Assembly: GCA_963707505.1 (NCBI GenBank)
Contig: CAVPQB010000006.1
Location: 224,001-288,000 of the forward strand
Direction of reading: 5' to 3'
DNA length: 64,000 bases
Origin: an uncultured Gemmatimonadales bacterium
Lineage (GTDB): Bacteria > Gemmatimonadota > Gemmatimonadetes > Gemmatimonadales > Gemmatimonadaceae
The notes beneath the pieces were generated by a model, which worked only from the letters and a program-made list of their open reading frames with translations, did not search any database and was not told where the DNA came from. Below are positions 29,988 to 39,576 of this stretch, piece after piece; the stretch's first letter is position 1, and each line of letters starts with the position of its first letter. A program made the translations under genes and the position numbers.

Positions 29988-31528
29988 TTGCGTGGAAACA
30001 TCTCGTCCCTGTTCGCGAGCTCATATGCAGTTGCGGCGACCACCACCGCTGCCTGCTTCAGATCCTCGAGCTCCAGATGGTCATACACGTCATTCGAGCT
30101 ATGGTGCGTCCTCAGTCCATACTCGATCGGATCCTGGATGAAGTTGAACCCCGGAATACCAGCGTCGTCGAACGAAACGTGGTCCGTGCTTCCGGTATTC
30201 CCGTGCCGTACCGCTACCACACCGAGGTCATGAAACGGCCACAGAATCTGCTCGAATATCGGGATCGCCTTCTCGTTACTCTGATCCCACACGCCACGAA
30301 TCTTGCCTGTACCGTTATCCAGATTGAGATACGCTGAGATCTTCGGCGCCAGCTCTGGATGCTTCCTGATCCATCCCCGCGAACCGTAGATCCCTTCTTC
30401 CTCCCCGCTCCACAGAGCGATCCTGATCGTACGCCTGGGATGAAGGTCTAGCGTCTTGAGGATGCGCATCGCTTCCATCATCACGACGCTGCCGGCCGCG
30501 TTGTCAGTCGCGCCATTTCCATAATGCCAGGAATCGAGATGGGCGCCAATCATTACATACTCGTCAGACTTGTCGGTCCCGCGAATATCGCCGAGCGTGT
30601 TGTATGCGTTCAGGTCATCCGTGAGAAATCTGTTCTGTACGTTGAGCTGCACGGAGACAGGCACACCGCTCGTCACGTTGCGGTACATCTCGTTGTATTG
30701 CTCCTGCGGCACTATGACGTTCGGCACAGGAATCGGCATGGCTGGATTGGTCGCGGACCAATCTCCGCCGCCGCGTATCGTTCCGTACGCACTTCCCGAA
30801 CCAGTAATCACACCAGCCACGCCAGCAGCTCGCAGCAGTGAATCTCCGTGAGCCTGCTGTTTCTGAATCTTCACCAGCAGCGTGTCCCATCCAATCGCTG
30901 GGCGGGCGCGCTGATTGACCGGCGCCAGTAGCGAGTCGACCGGCGTACGACGCTCTTCGGCCTCACGAAACTCGGGCGGCAACGGGCGTGGTGGCGCGAG
31001 CAATACGAGTGCGCCGCGGAGCTTGGTGCCGTACCTGCCAATCCCGTCGACTCCGCCCTCGACCACCATCACGGGTGCCGTTATCGTCCCTTTGGTGCTT
31101 CCCGTCCACGCGCTTGCCTGGCCTGACATCGGCTGGCTGTATGGAGTGAGGATGCGGCCCTCGTACGACACGTTTTCCCAACCGCGCCCAAAGCGGCCCC
31201 AGGGCTCGACTTCGACTCCGGTCAGTCCCCACGACTTCAGTGTCGCCGCAGTCCACTCGTTCGCCGCCTTCATTCCCGGCGAACCGGTGAGCCGCGGTCC
31301 TATGACATCCGTTAGATGACGCGCGAGCGCCGGAATCTGGGAGCGCTCGAGTCCCTCCTGCCGGATGCGCGCGACTACACCGAGATCCACCTTCTCCTGC
31401 GCGATCTGTCCGCTCGCCTGACTCACCGGAATGGATAGAACCAAGGTGGCGGCAACCATCGCCACCGCTGGAATCGCGAACAGCGTGCGGGTTCGCAACA
31501 TCACACGAGCTGTAAAATGCCCTGACAT
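29984..31528 (-). CDS. M28 family exported peptidase (carboxypeptidase Q-like)
   Basis: LTDVIGPRLTGS, GAHLDSWH..GATDNAAG, WSGEEEG, GSTDHVSF, THHS. Confidence 0.92.
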   Translation of the reverse strand: MSGHFTARVMLRTRTLFAIPAVAMVAATLVLSIPVSQASGQIAQEKVDLGVVARIRQEGLERSQIPALARHLTDVIGPRLTGSPGMKAANEWTAATLKSWGLTGVEVEPWGRFGRGWENVSYEGRILTPYSQPMSGQASAWTGSTKGTITAPVMVVEGGVDGIGRYGTKLRGALVLLAPPRPLPPEFREAEERRTPVDSLLAPVNQRARPAIGWDTLLVKIQKQQAHGDSLLRAAGVAGVITGSGSAYGTIRGGGDWSATNPAMPIPVPNVIVPQEQYNEMYRNVTSGVPVSVQLNVQNRFLTDDLNAYNTLGDIRGTDKSDEYVMIGAHLDSWHYGNGATDNAAGSVVMMEAMRILKTLDLHPRRTIRIALWSGEEEGIYGSRGWIRKHPELAPKISAYLNLDNGTGKIRGVWDQSNEKAIPIFEQILWPFHDLGVVAVRHGNTGSTDHVSFDDAGIPGFNFIQDPIEYGLRTHHSSNDVYDHLELEDLKQAAVVVAATAYELANRDEMFPRK

Positions 31529-31614
31529 CAATGAATCCCTTTGAATCGAGTGGCAGACTGAGACGTGAACTTCACGCCGTATATTTGATTGGCTATGCGA
31601 TCGCACCATAACTT

Positions 31615-32595
31615 ATGACTCGGCTCGACTACATGACGAGCGATGGCGGCGCGTCGACGGAAAAGTACGCGTACGAGGATCTGGCGGCTCTGCTCGATCC
31701 GTCGCGGCTCGTTCGCGACGAGCCCATCGCGCCGTACACGACGTTTCGCATCGGTGGACCTGCGGATCTTTTCTATTCCGCTGATTCAGCAGACGATCTG
31801 GCCAACGCAATAACGGCCGCTCGACGCACGGGCGTTGCCTTCTTCGTGCTCGGATTGGGCGCGAACATTCTGGTTGGAGACCGGGGGTTTCGCGGGCTGG
31901 TTATCCGAAACCGCGCCCGCAGCTTCGAGTTTCACGACGACGGACACCTCCACGCGGAAAGTGGCGTCGTCATGGCCGATCTCATTCCGCAAGCAGTCGA
32001 GCGGGGATGGTCCGGCCTTGAACACTACGTTGGAATTCCCAGTACCGTTGGCGGCGCTGTATGGCAGAATCTGCACTTTCTCAGTCCAGCTCCTGAGCGA
32101 GACCGGACGATGTTCATCGCGGAAGTGGTGGACTCGTGCGACATTCTGAGCGCGGCCGGTGATCGGCGTACCGTCGGCACGGAATACTTGCAGTTCGGGT
32201 ACGACGACTCGGTGTTCCATCATCGTGCGGATTACGCTCTCGCCGTCACGTTCCAACTCGATAAAGGTGACCCGGCCGTAATGCACCGAATCATCCAGGA
32301 AAATCTCAGCTGGCGCGGCGCCAGACATCCCTGGCTGCAGTTCCATCCATCAGCAGGCTCTATCTTCCGGAAGATCGAGGGGGTTGGAGCGGGACGTCTG
32401 ATTGACCAGCTCGGTATGAAGGGACATCGTATAGGTGGTGCTCAGATCTCGCACATCCACGCCAACATCATGGTGAACCTTGGCGGTGCAACCGCACGCG
32501 ACGTGCGCGAGCTGATCGCGCTCGCACAGCAGCGTGTGAAGGATGAGCTTGGCCATGAGCTCACACCCGAGATCGCATTCGTGGGCGAATTCTGA
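31615..32595 (+). CDS. murB: UDP-N-acetylenolpyruvoylglucosamine reductase
   Basis: YTTFRIGGPAD, GLGANILVGD, GIPSTVGGA, PSAGSIF, GGAQISHIHAN. Confidence 0.92.
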   Translation: MTRLDYMTSDGGASTEKYAYEDLAALLDPSRLVRDEPIAPYTTFRIGGPADLFYSADSADDLANAITAARRTGVAFFVLGLGANILVGDRGFRGLVIRNRARSFEFHDDGHLHAESGVVMADLIPQAVERGWSGLEHYVGIPSTVGGAVWQNLHFLSPAPERDRTMFIAEVVDSCDILSAAGDRRTVGTEYLQFGYDDSVFHHRADYALAVTFQLDKGDPAVMHRIIQENLSWRGARHPWLQFHPSAGSIFRKIEGVGAGRLIDQLGMKGHRIGGAQISHIHANIMVNLGGATARDVRELIALAQQRVKDELGHELTPEIAFVGEF

Positions 32596-32831
32596 TGTCG
32601 GCAGCAAAGGATGGGACAAACGATATCGTCGTCATTCGTACGTTCGCTGACGCCATTTCTGCGCACATCGCTCAGGCTGCGCTCGATGCGAACGACATCC
32701 GCTCCATCATCGTCGGCGATGATGCGGGGGGTGCGTATCCGGCGCTGACATTCTCGAATGGAGTACGACTTGCCGTACAACATTCAGATGCAATGAAAGC
32801 GCTTCGGTTACTCGACAAGGAGGACTCATGA
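32595..32831 (+). CDS. DUF2007-like small signal-transducing protein
   Basis: AHIAQAALDANDI...GVRLAVQHSDA. Confidence 0.75.
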   Translation: MSAAKDGTNDIVVIRTFADAISAHIAQAALDANDIRSIIVGDDAGGAYPALTFSNGVRLAVQHSDAMKALRLLDKEDS

Positions 32832-32977
32832 TCCGCAAACTCAAATCAGGCGAGTACCGCCTGTACTCGAAAAAGACCGATCCAAAGACCGGGAAGCGAC
32901 GTAATCTTGGTACCTTCAATACACGCGCAGCTGCCGAGAAGCACGAGCGCGACGTACAGTATTTCAAGCGGCACTAA
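32828..32977 (+). CDS. Small basic hypothetical protein, 49 aa (below the ORF-track cutoff)
   Basis: MIRKLKSGEYRLYSKKTDPKTGKRRNLGTFNTRAAAEKHERDVQYFKRH*; GGAGG RBS and ATGA overlap. Confidence 0.85.
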   Translation: MIRKLKSGEYRLYSKKTDPKTGKRRNLGTFNTRAAAEKHERDVQYFKRH

Positions 32978-33013
32978 CAATTTGAACGATCGTTCGATCG
33001 ACGAGGTTTAAGG

Positions 33014-33487
33014 ATGACCGCCAAGGCAACATTTGGTGCCGGATGCTTCTGGGGAACGCAGGCCACCTTCGAGAAGATTCCTGGCGTCACTGCCACGGCC
33101 GCAGGTTATGAAGGCGGGACGAAGCCCAATCCCACATATGAAGAAGTGTGCAGCCACGCCACCGGACACGCCGAAGTGGTTCAGGTCGACTTTGATCCGG
33201 CACTCGTGAGCTACAATACGCTGCTCGACGTCTTCTGGAACAATCACAACCCGACCAGCCTCAATCGCCAGGGCCCGGATGTGGGAACGCAGTACCGGTC
33301 GGTGATCTTCTATCACGACGAGGAGCAGAAGGAGCTGGCCGAACAGTCCAAACAGATCCTCTCCGAGAGTGGCCGGTTCAAGCAACCAATCGTCACGCAG
33401 ATAGTCCCGGCAGCCACCTTCTGGGTGGCCGAAGACTACCATCAGAGCTACCTGGAAAAGCGCGGTCTGGCGAGCTGCCACGTCTGA
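33014..33487 (+). CDS. msrA: Peptide-methionine (S)-S-oxide reductase
   Basis: [35 protein letters not shown]. Confidence 0.96.
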   Translation: MTAKATFGAGCFWGTQATFEKIPGVTATAAGYEGGTKPNPTYEEVCSHATGHAEVVQVDFDPALVSYNTLLDVFWNNHNPTSLNRQGPDVGTQYRSVIFYHDEEQKELAEQSKQILSESGRFKQPIVTQIVPAATFWVAEDYHQSYLEKRGLASCHV

Positions 33488-33540
33488 GAGAGAGACCTCC
33501 TGTCATGTATCCCGAGAGAGCTCCTGAGTAATCTCCTCTG

Positions 33541-34362
33541 ATGCACGAGCCCGGGAACGGAGAGGATGCCGTTACACTCGTCCATCCATCAGGAGCTTCC
33601 GCTCGCATAACCCATCACGGCGCCCACGTCGTGAGCTGGGTCGATGCGAGCGGCAAGGAACGACTATATCTCAGTCCCAAGGCGCAGTTCGGACCCGGTC
33701 AGGCGATCCGTGGCGGTATTCCGGTAGTATTTCCGCAGTTTGCGACCGGTCCGCTCCCAAAACATGGCTTTCTCCGAACGCGTCGCTGGTCGCTGATCGC
33801 GCACGTCGGCTCCAGCGCCACCTTTCGGATAACCGACGATGATCAGACCAGAGCACTCTGGCCCTATCCGTTCATAGCTGAATTGACGGTAGAGCTGGCG
33901 GAAATGCTCACAGTCTCGCTCAGGATCACCAATTCCGGTGATTCGCGGTTTTCATTCACGGCGGCTCTCCATAACTATTTCGCGGTTGGCAACGTCCAAC
34001 ACTCGACGGTGCAGGGACTCACTGGCCTTGTCTATGTGGACAAGGTCTTGTCGGGTACCCGTTACGTCGAAGAAGCGAGCGAGCTTCGGGTGAACGGGGA
34101 AACTGACCGCATCTATATCTCCGGCCCTCGGCAGGTAACGCTCGCTTCAGCCATTGGCTCCAGCTCCACCGTGGTAGGGGCGGATGGGTTCGGTGATTGG
34201 GTAGTCTGGAATCCCTGGCGGGAAGGATCCGCGTCGTTGGCTGACATGGCCCCTGAGGACTACCTTGAGATGTTGTGCGTGGAAGCGGCACGGATCTCCG
34301 ATCCGGTGGTATTAGATGCCAGAGCCGCATGGTGCGGGACTGAGGTCATCGGCGCTACCTGA
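33541..34362 (+). CDS. D-hexose-6-phosphate mutarotase (aldose 1-epimerase family)
   Basis: GAHVVSW, AIRGGIPVVFPQF, HGFLR, ALHNYF, VVWNPW, MLCVE. Confidence 0.9.
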   Translation: MHEPGNGEDAVTLVHPSGASARITHHGAHVVSWVDASGKERLYLSPKAQFGPGQAIRGGIPVVFPQFATGPLPKHGFLRTRRWSLIAHVGSSATFRITDDDQTRALWPYPFIAELTVELAEMLTVSLRITNSGDSRFSFTAALHNYFAVGNVQHSTVQGLTGLVYVDKVLSGTRYVEEASELRVNGETDRIYISGPRQVTLASAIGSSSTVVGADGFGDWVVWNPWREGSASLADMAPEDYLEMLCVEAARISDPVVLDARAAWCGTEVIGAT

Positions 34363-34388
34363 ACTAGCCAACTGGCTGGGATTCATAC

Positions 34389-35114
34389 ATGGTCATGCAT
34401 CCAACAAGAACGGACGCGACGGTGCTTGTCATCGACGACGAACCGGAAATTCGTCACGTCGTACACTCTGCGCTCCGCTCGACCGTCGCACGGGTACTCG
34501 ACGCGGCGGACGGACGTAGCGCACTCGCTACGGTCAAAGCACAGACACCGGATCTGATAGTTCTGGATCTCGGTCTTCCGGATCAATCCGGACTGGATCT
34601 CTGTCGAGCGATTCGAGCTCACTCGCTTGCGCCCATCGTCGTGCTCACAGCACGACACATCGAGTCCGACAAGGTCGCACTTCTGAACGCCGGCGCCGAT
34701 GACTATGTAACCAAGCCGTTCAGCACTTCCGAATTCGCCGCACGCGTTGCTGCGCAGATCCGACGCGCGCGAACCGCGCGCCCGGGCACCTCCGGCGCGG
34801 TCGAAGCCGACGGCATGTCGGTCAACTTCACCTCGCGTCACGCACACCGGGACGGCAAGCCGGTGCGGCTCACTCCAATCGAATGGGCGATCCTCCGCGC
34901 ACTTACCGCGGACCCGGGGCGCGTGTACACACATCAGCAGCTGTTCGATGCAGTCTGGGCCAGAGAGTTTGGCGACGCGCGACAATATTTACGCGTACAC
35001 ATAACCAACCTCCGTCGCAAGGTGGAGCGCGATCCCACTCATCCACGCGTCATCATCACCGAGCCTGGCGTCGGTTATCGATTCGGAACCCCGCTGGTGC
35101 AGGAATCGGCATAA
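34389..35114 (+). CDS. KdpE-like OmpR family response regulator
   Basis: VIDDE, LDLGLPD, GADDYVTKPF, YLRVHITNLRRKVE...ITEPGVGYRF. Confidence 0.88.
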   Translation: MVMHPTRTDATVLVIDDEPEIRHVVHSALRSTVARVLDAADGRSALATVKAQTPDLIVLDLGLPDQSGLDLCRAIRAHSLAPIVVLTARHIESDKVALLNAGADDYVTKPFSTSEFAARVAAQIRRARTARPGTSGAVEADGMSVNFTSRHAHRDGKPVRLTPIEWAILRALTADPGRVYTHQQLFDAVWAREFGDARQYLRVHITNLRRKVERDPTHPRVIITEPGVGYRFGTPLVQESA

Positions 35115-35122
35115 CGGTCAAA

Positions 35123-36244
35123 GTGGAGCGCATGGCGCAGCTTCGCCCGAGCGCGACGATATCGGTCGTGCTGTGGTACGGTTTGCTAATACTTGTAACG
35201 GTCGTCATGCACCTGACTCGCGAAACCCAGCAGAGTCAGGCGCACGTCGTCCTCACCTACCTGCTCGTCGTACTCGGCGGCAGCCTGAGCGGCGGCCGGC
35301 CGCTCGGATTCACGCTCGCGGCCGCGGCGACGATTCTCATATCGTATTACTTCCAGCCGCCCTTCGACACTTTCTCGCTCACCAAACCGATCGACGCCGT
35401 GGTTCTTTCGGCATTCTTCGCCACGGCCGGAACCACGACGTATCTGCTCGTACGTGCGCAGGAAGAAGCCGCGCAGGCACGCGCGCGCGCCGAAGAGGTC
35501 GAGCTCTTGTCGAACGAAGCAAGCCACGCGGAAGCATTGCGTGAGACTGCGCGTTTCAAGGACGTATTGCTCGCTTCTGTATCGCACGACCTTCGCACCC
35601 CGCTCACCAGCATCAAGGCGCTCGCGCAGGATGCGGCGGATTCCGGTGATGCGAACGCTGCCATCATCGTTGCACAGACCGAGCGACTGAGCAAGATGGT
35701 AGCGCATTTGCTGGACATGTCACGCCTGAATGCGGGCGAGTTTCCGGTCAGCATCGAGCTCAATACCGCCGAGGATCTCGTTGGCGCCGCGGTGCTCGAA
35801 ATGACCGGATCGAATGGCGCCGACCGCATACGTGTCGAGATCGACTACACAGCACCTGTGCTCATCGGCATGTTCGATTTTGTGGAATCGCTCAGAGTTC
35901 TTGTGAATCTCCTCGACAACGCGCTGGTCTATTCTCCTCCGACGGCGCCGGTCGATCTGTCCGCCACACGTGTTGGCGATTGGCTGCAGCTGAGTGTAGC
36001 AGATCGCGGTCCTGGCGTTCCCATGGCGGATTCCGAGCGAATATTCGAGCCATTCTACCGTCACATGTCCACTGCGAATGCGGTACACGGTACCGGCCTC
36101 GGGCTCGCCATCTCCAAATCGCTGGCAGAGGCGCAGGGCGGCCAGTTGATCTACTCCGAACGAAGTGGCGGCGGTAGCGTCTTCACGCTCCGGCTCCGCG
36201 CGGTAGGCGCTGCTGACCCTGGAGAACTGCCCGTGGAACAATAG
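35123..36244 (+). CDS. KdpD-like sensor histidine kinase (DUF4118 TM, HisKA, HATPase)
   Basis: YYFQPPFDTF TM motif, SVSHDLRTPLTSI, NLLDNA, DRGPG, GTGLGLAI. Confidence 0.88.
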   Translation: MERMAQLRPSATISVVLWYGLLILVTVVMHLTRETQQSQAHVVLTYLLVVLGGSLSGGRPLGFTLAAAATILISYYFQPPFDTFSLTKPIDAVVLSAFFATAGTTTYLLVRAQEEAAQARARAEEVELLSNEASHAEALRETARFKDVLLASVSHDLRTPLTSIKALAQDAADSGDANAAIIVAQTERLSKMVAHLLDMSRLNAGEFPVSIELNTAEDLVGAAVLEMTGSNGADRIRVEIDYTAPVLIGMFDFVESLRVLVNLLDNALVYSPPTAPVDLSATRVGDWLQLSVADRGPGVPMADSERIFEPFYRHMSTANAVHGTGLGLAISKSLAEAQGGQLIYSERSGGGSVFTLRLRAVGAADPGELPVEQ

Positions 36245-36326
36245 CTGCACATTGCCCGGCAGCGCCCGATCCAGTTCCGATGTATTCTTCGTAACCGGCT
36301 TCCTCCCATCAACCACATCCAATAGC

Positions 36327-36698
36327 ATGGCTCACTCACCGGCATTTCTCGCGTTGATTGACTCGGTACATTCATCCGTCCCCGATGTCACCGTTGAGCA
36401 TACGCGAGCGCGACTGCGCGCCAACCCCGATCTCAAATTCGTGGATGTTCGCGAAGACAGCGAGTGGGCCGCAGGTCATGCGTCCGGCGCAATCCACATT
36501 GGAAAGGGCGTCATCGAACGCGACATCGAAGAGAAGATACCAGACAGGAACGCAGAGTTGATTCTCTATTGCGGTGGCGGCTTTCGATCGGTCCTGGCCG
36601 CCGACGCACTCAAGAAGATGGGTTACACCAACGTTTCGTCGATGGCTGGCGGATGGCGCGAATGGAAGGTGGTCGGAGCACCGACTGAACAGCCCTGA
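36327..36698 (+). CDS. Rhodanese-like sulfurtransferase
   Basis: VDVREDSEW..GH, LYCGGGFRS, SMAGGWREW. Confidence 0.9.
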   Translation: MAHSPAFLALIDSVHSSVPDVTVEHTRARLRANPDLKFVDVREDSEWAAGHASGAIHIGKGVIERDIEEKIPDRNAELILYCGGGFRSVLAADALKKMGYTNVSSMAGGWREWKVVGAPTEQP

Positions 36699-36813
36699 AC
36701 AGCCCTGAGCAACTGCAGAAAAAATCGTTCAGATGCCGAGGTGATCAGACCGATCACCTCGCTATATTGATGGGCCGCTCGACCCATCCTCCGCGTTTCG
36801 CTCCATTAATTCC

Positions 36814-37857
36814 GTGATTCTAACAGCCTTGCTCGCTGCCGTATCGCTCGGCAGCACTTCAATCAGCACCGCGCGCGTCTATTCCATTGACGCTTCGTTC
36901 CTTGCGACGGCATCGTTTCAGGCCTCTGCACAGACATCTACAAAAACCTCCGACTCGACGCATAGCCACAAGGCTCGCACGAAGAGATCCAAGGCGTCGA
37001 GGAGTCATTCAGCAACCGACACGGTTCCAAGTAAGAAGGTCCCACCTCAACCAGCGTTCACGGTTACGCCCTTACCGAATTCACTGCTTCCAAAAAATCG
37101 GATCGTCGTGTACTACGGTAATCCGCTCTCCAAAAAGATGGGCGTGCTCGGCGAGTACCCCGAGCCAGTCATGCTGGCGAAGCTGCAGCAGGAGGTTCAT
37201 AACTTCCAGGTCGCTGATCCTGCAACACCAGTGAAGCCTGGGCTCCATCTCATTGTCTCTGTCGCACAGGGGTCGCCGGGCAAGAATGGCACATACCGCT
37301 TGCGCATGACCGATTCATTGATCGACCACTGGTGCAAGCTCGCCGAGAGCAAGGGATATCTGATCTTCCTGGACGTGCAAGTCGGTCACAGCACGGTCCA
37401 GTCCGAGCTTCAGCCACTGATGCCGTATCTCAAACGACCGTACGTGCATCTTGCGCTCGACCCGGAGTTTTCGATGCACCATGGATCAGAAGGAGTCGTT
37501 CCGGGACGTAAGGTGGGAGTGATGGACGCCGCAGAGATCAACTACGCTATAAAGACTCTGGCCGATATCGTCAAACAGAACAATCTCCCGCCCAAGGTGC
37601 TGGTAGTTCACCGCTATACGCAGAAGATGGTCACCAACTACCGGGAGATCCGGCCCGTACCCGAAGTTCAGGTTGTGATGAACATGGACGGCTTTGGTCC
37701 GCCATGGCTCAAGCGTGATTCATACGACGCTTATGAACGTATGCAGCCGGTTCAGTACACCGGATTCAAGCTCTTCTATAAGAACGACAAGCCGATGCTG
37801 ACGCGCGAAGAGGTAGTGAAGCTCAAGCCATCGCCACTCTTTATCACGTTCCAGTAG
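36814..37857 (+). CDS. Exported conserved hypothetical protein
   Basis: Signal peptide, low-complexity linker, RIVVYYGNP..MGVLGE, FLDVQVG, HLALDPEF, MDGFG, TGFKLFY. Confidence 0.8.
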   Translation: MILTALLAAVSLGSTSISTARVYSIDASFLATASFQASAQTSTKTSDSTHSHKARTKRSKASRSHSATDTVPSKKVPPQPAFTVTPLPNSLLPKNRIVVYYGNPLSKKMGVLGEYPEPVMLAKLQQEVHNFQVADPATPVKPGLHLIVSVAQGSPGKNGTYRLRMTDSLIDHWCKLAESKGYLIFLDVQVGHSTVQSELQPLMPYLKRPYVHLALDPEFSMHHGSEGVVPGRKVGVMDAAEINYAIKTLADIVKQNNLPPKVLVVHRYTQKMVTNYREIRPVPEVQVVMNMDGFGPPWLKRDSYDAYERMQPVQYTGFKLFYKNDKPMLTREEVVKLKPSPLFITFQ

Positions 37858-37892
37858 AAGTCGATCCAGCTCTGGAACGAGTGTCCGCATTG

Positions 37893-37921
37893 AATAGGGC
37901 GCCCAACGAGGCGCCCTATTT
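37893..37921 (+). terminator. Rho-independent terminator
   Basis: AATAGGGCGCC-CAACGA-GGCGCCCTATTT. Confidence 0.7.
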
Positions 37922-37983
37922 CTTCGTACAATCTTAGCATCTGCTTCACCTTACAGTCCTGAAAACCTGCTAAACGAGGCTCC

Positions 37984-39576
37984 ATGACCAGCAGACGAGA
38001 CTTCCTGAAAACCGCCGCGATTGGCGCCGTCGCGGCAGCCGGCACTTCCCGGATCGCCAGAGCCGAGTCACTACTGAATCCGTGGAGCAGTGACACGGGC
38101 GATCCGATGGCCAATGAGGTCGCGCTCGCCGCAATTCAGGCTGCCAAGGACGCCGGCGCATCCTATTCAGATGCGCGGGTCGGACGCTATCGCCGTCAGT
38201 TCGTTGCAGCACGCGAGCACCAGATTACCGGCGTCAACGATTCGGAATCGTTCGGAATCGGCGTGCGCGCGCTCGTCAACGGTGCATGGGGATTTGCCGC
38301 GACGCGCGACGTATCGCGTGAGGGAGCGGTCCGCGTCGCGCAACAGGCCGTTAAAGTTGCGCGTGCAGCCAGAGCGGTTACACACACGCCAGTCGTGCTC
38401 GCACCGACGCCCGCTGTCAAGGGTTCCTGGCGCACACCGGTACAACAGGACCCGATCGACGTTCCGATCGAGGACAAGGTCGCGCTTCTGCTGGCCGCCA
38501 ATGAAGCAGCCCTCAAGATTCCCGGAGTTCGTTTCGCCAATTCCGGTCTCGCTCTTCTCCGTGAAGAAAAGACACTCGCCACAACCGATGGAACGCTCAT
38601 CACGCAGACGTTCGTGCGCGTTGGTCCGTCGTTCACGGTAACAGCGATTGGCGACGGTGATTTTCAATCCTATACAGAAGAGATGGCGCCACGCGGCTCC
38701 GGCTGGGAATACGTCACGTCACTCGACATGGTCGGCAACGCGCCCAAGTGGGCAGCGATTGCAGCTGAAAAGCTCACTGCGAAATCAGTGGATGTCGGCC
38801 GTTACGATCTAATTCTCGATCCCACGAACCTCTGGCTCACCATTCACGAATCAGTTGGTCATCCAACCGAGCTCGATCGTGCGCGTGGATATGAAGCCAA
38901 CTACGCAGGAACTAGTTTCGTAGCGCCACCGGAAAAGATGATCGGCAAACTCAAGTACGGTTCGCGATTGATGAATATCCAGGCCGATCGCACACAGCAG
39001 GATTCTCTCAGCCGATGCGCATGGGACGACGAGGGTGTTGCAGCCGAATCCTGGCTTCTGATCAAGGATGGAATGTTCCATGACTATCAGACAGTACGCG
39101 ATCAGGCTCCGGCAATTGCATCGCTCAACGGAGTGAATCACTCGCACGGCTGCTCCTTCGCCGATTCATGGGATACCGTTCAGTTCCAGCGCATGCCGAA
39201 CGTATCGCTCCTTCCTGGCGAACACGACACCACCATCGACGACATAATCGCCGACACGGATCGAGGAATCGTCATCAAGAACCGCGGATCGTGGTCGATC
39301 GACCAGCAACGCTACAACTTCCAGTTCTCCGGACAGGTCTTCTACGAAGTCAGGAAGGGCAAGGTCACCGGAATGCTGAAGGATGTCGCCTACCAGGCGC
39401 GCACCCCGGACTTCTGGGGCTCCATGGACATGATCGGTGGAAAGCGATCGTACTGGCTTGGCGGCACGTTCTCCGACGGAAAGGGCGAGCCCGGACAGTC
39501 GAGCTCGGTCAGTCATGGATGTGTGCCGGCAAGATTTCGACAGGTGAACATCATCAACACAGCGAGGAGCGTCTGA
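37984..39576 (+). CDS. tldD: TldD family metalloprotease with Tat signal
   Basis: SRRDFLK Tat motif; IHESVGHPTELD (HExxxH); WDDEG; QRMPN; GKGEPGQ. Confidence 0.9.
   Translation: MTSRRDFLKTAAIGAVAAAGTSRIARAESLLNPWSSDTGDPMANEVALAAIQAAKDAGASYSDARVGRYRRQFVAAREHQITGVNDSESFGIGVRALVNGAWGFAATRDVSREGAVRVAQQAVKVARAARAVTHTPVVLAPTPAVKGSWRTPVQQDPIDVPIEDKVALLLAANEAALKIPGVRFANSGLALLREEKTLATTDGTLITQTFVRVGPSFTVTAIGDGDFQSYTEEMAPRGSGWEYVTSLDMVGNAPKWAAIAAEKLTAKSVDVGRYDLILDPTNLWLTIHESVGHPTELDRARGYEANYAGTSFVAPPEKMIGKLKYGSRLMNIQADRTQQDSLSRCAWDDEGVAAESWLLIKDGMFHDYQTVRDQAPAIASLNGVNHSHGCSFADSWDTVQFQRMPNVSLLPGEHDTTIDDIIADTDRGIVIKNRGSWSIDQQRYNFQFSGQVFYEVRKGKVTGMLKDVAYQARTPDFWGSMDMIGGKRSYWLGGTFSDGKGEPGQSSSVSHGCVPARFRQVNIINTARSV

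Noticed and set aside
36685..36708. CTGAACAGCC duplication at the rhodanese stop as a target-site duplication
   Set aside because: The copies are directly adjacent with no element between them; slippage is sufficient
39168..39575. N-terminal extension of PmbA given in the ORF track
   Set aside because: It overlaps tldD; the GAGGAG RBS and TGATG coupling place the start at 39576
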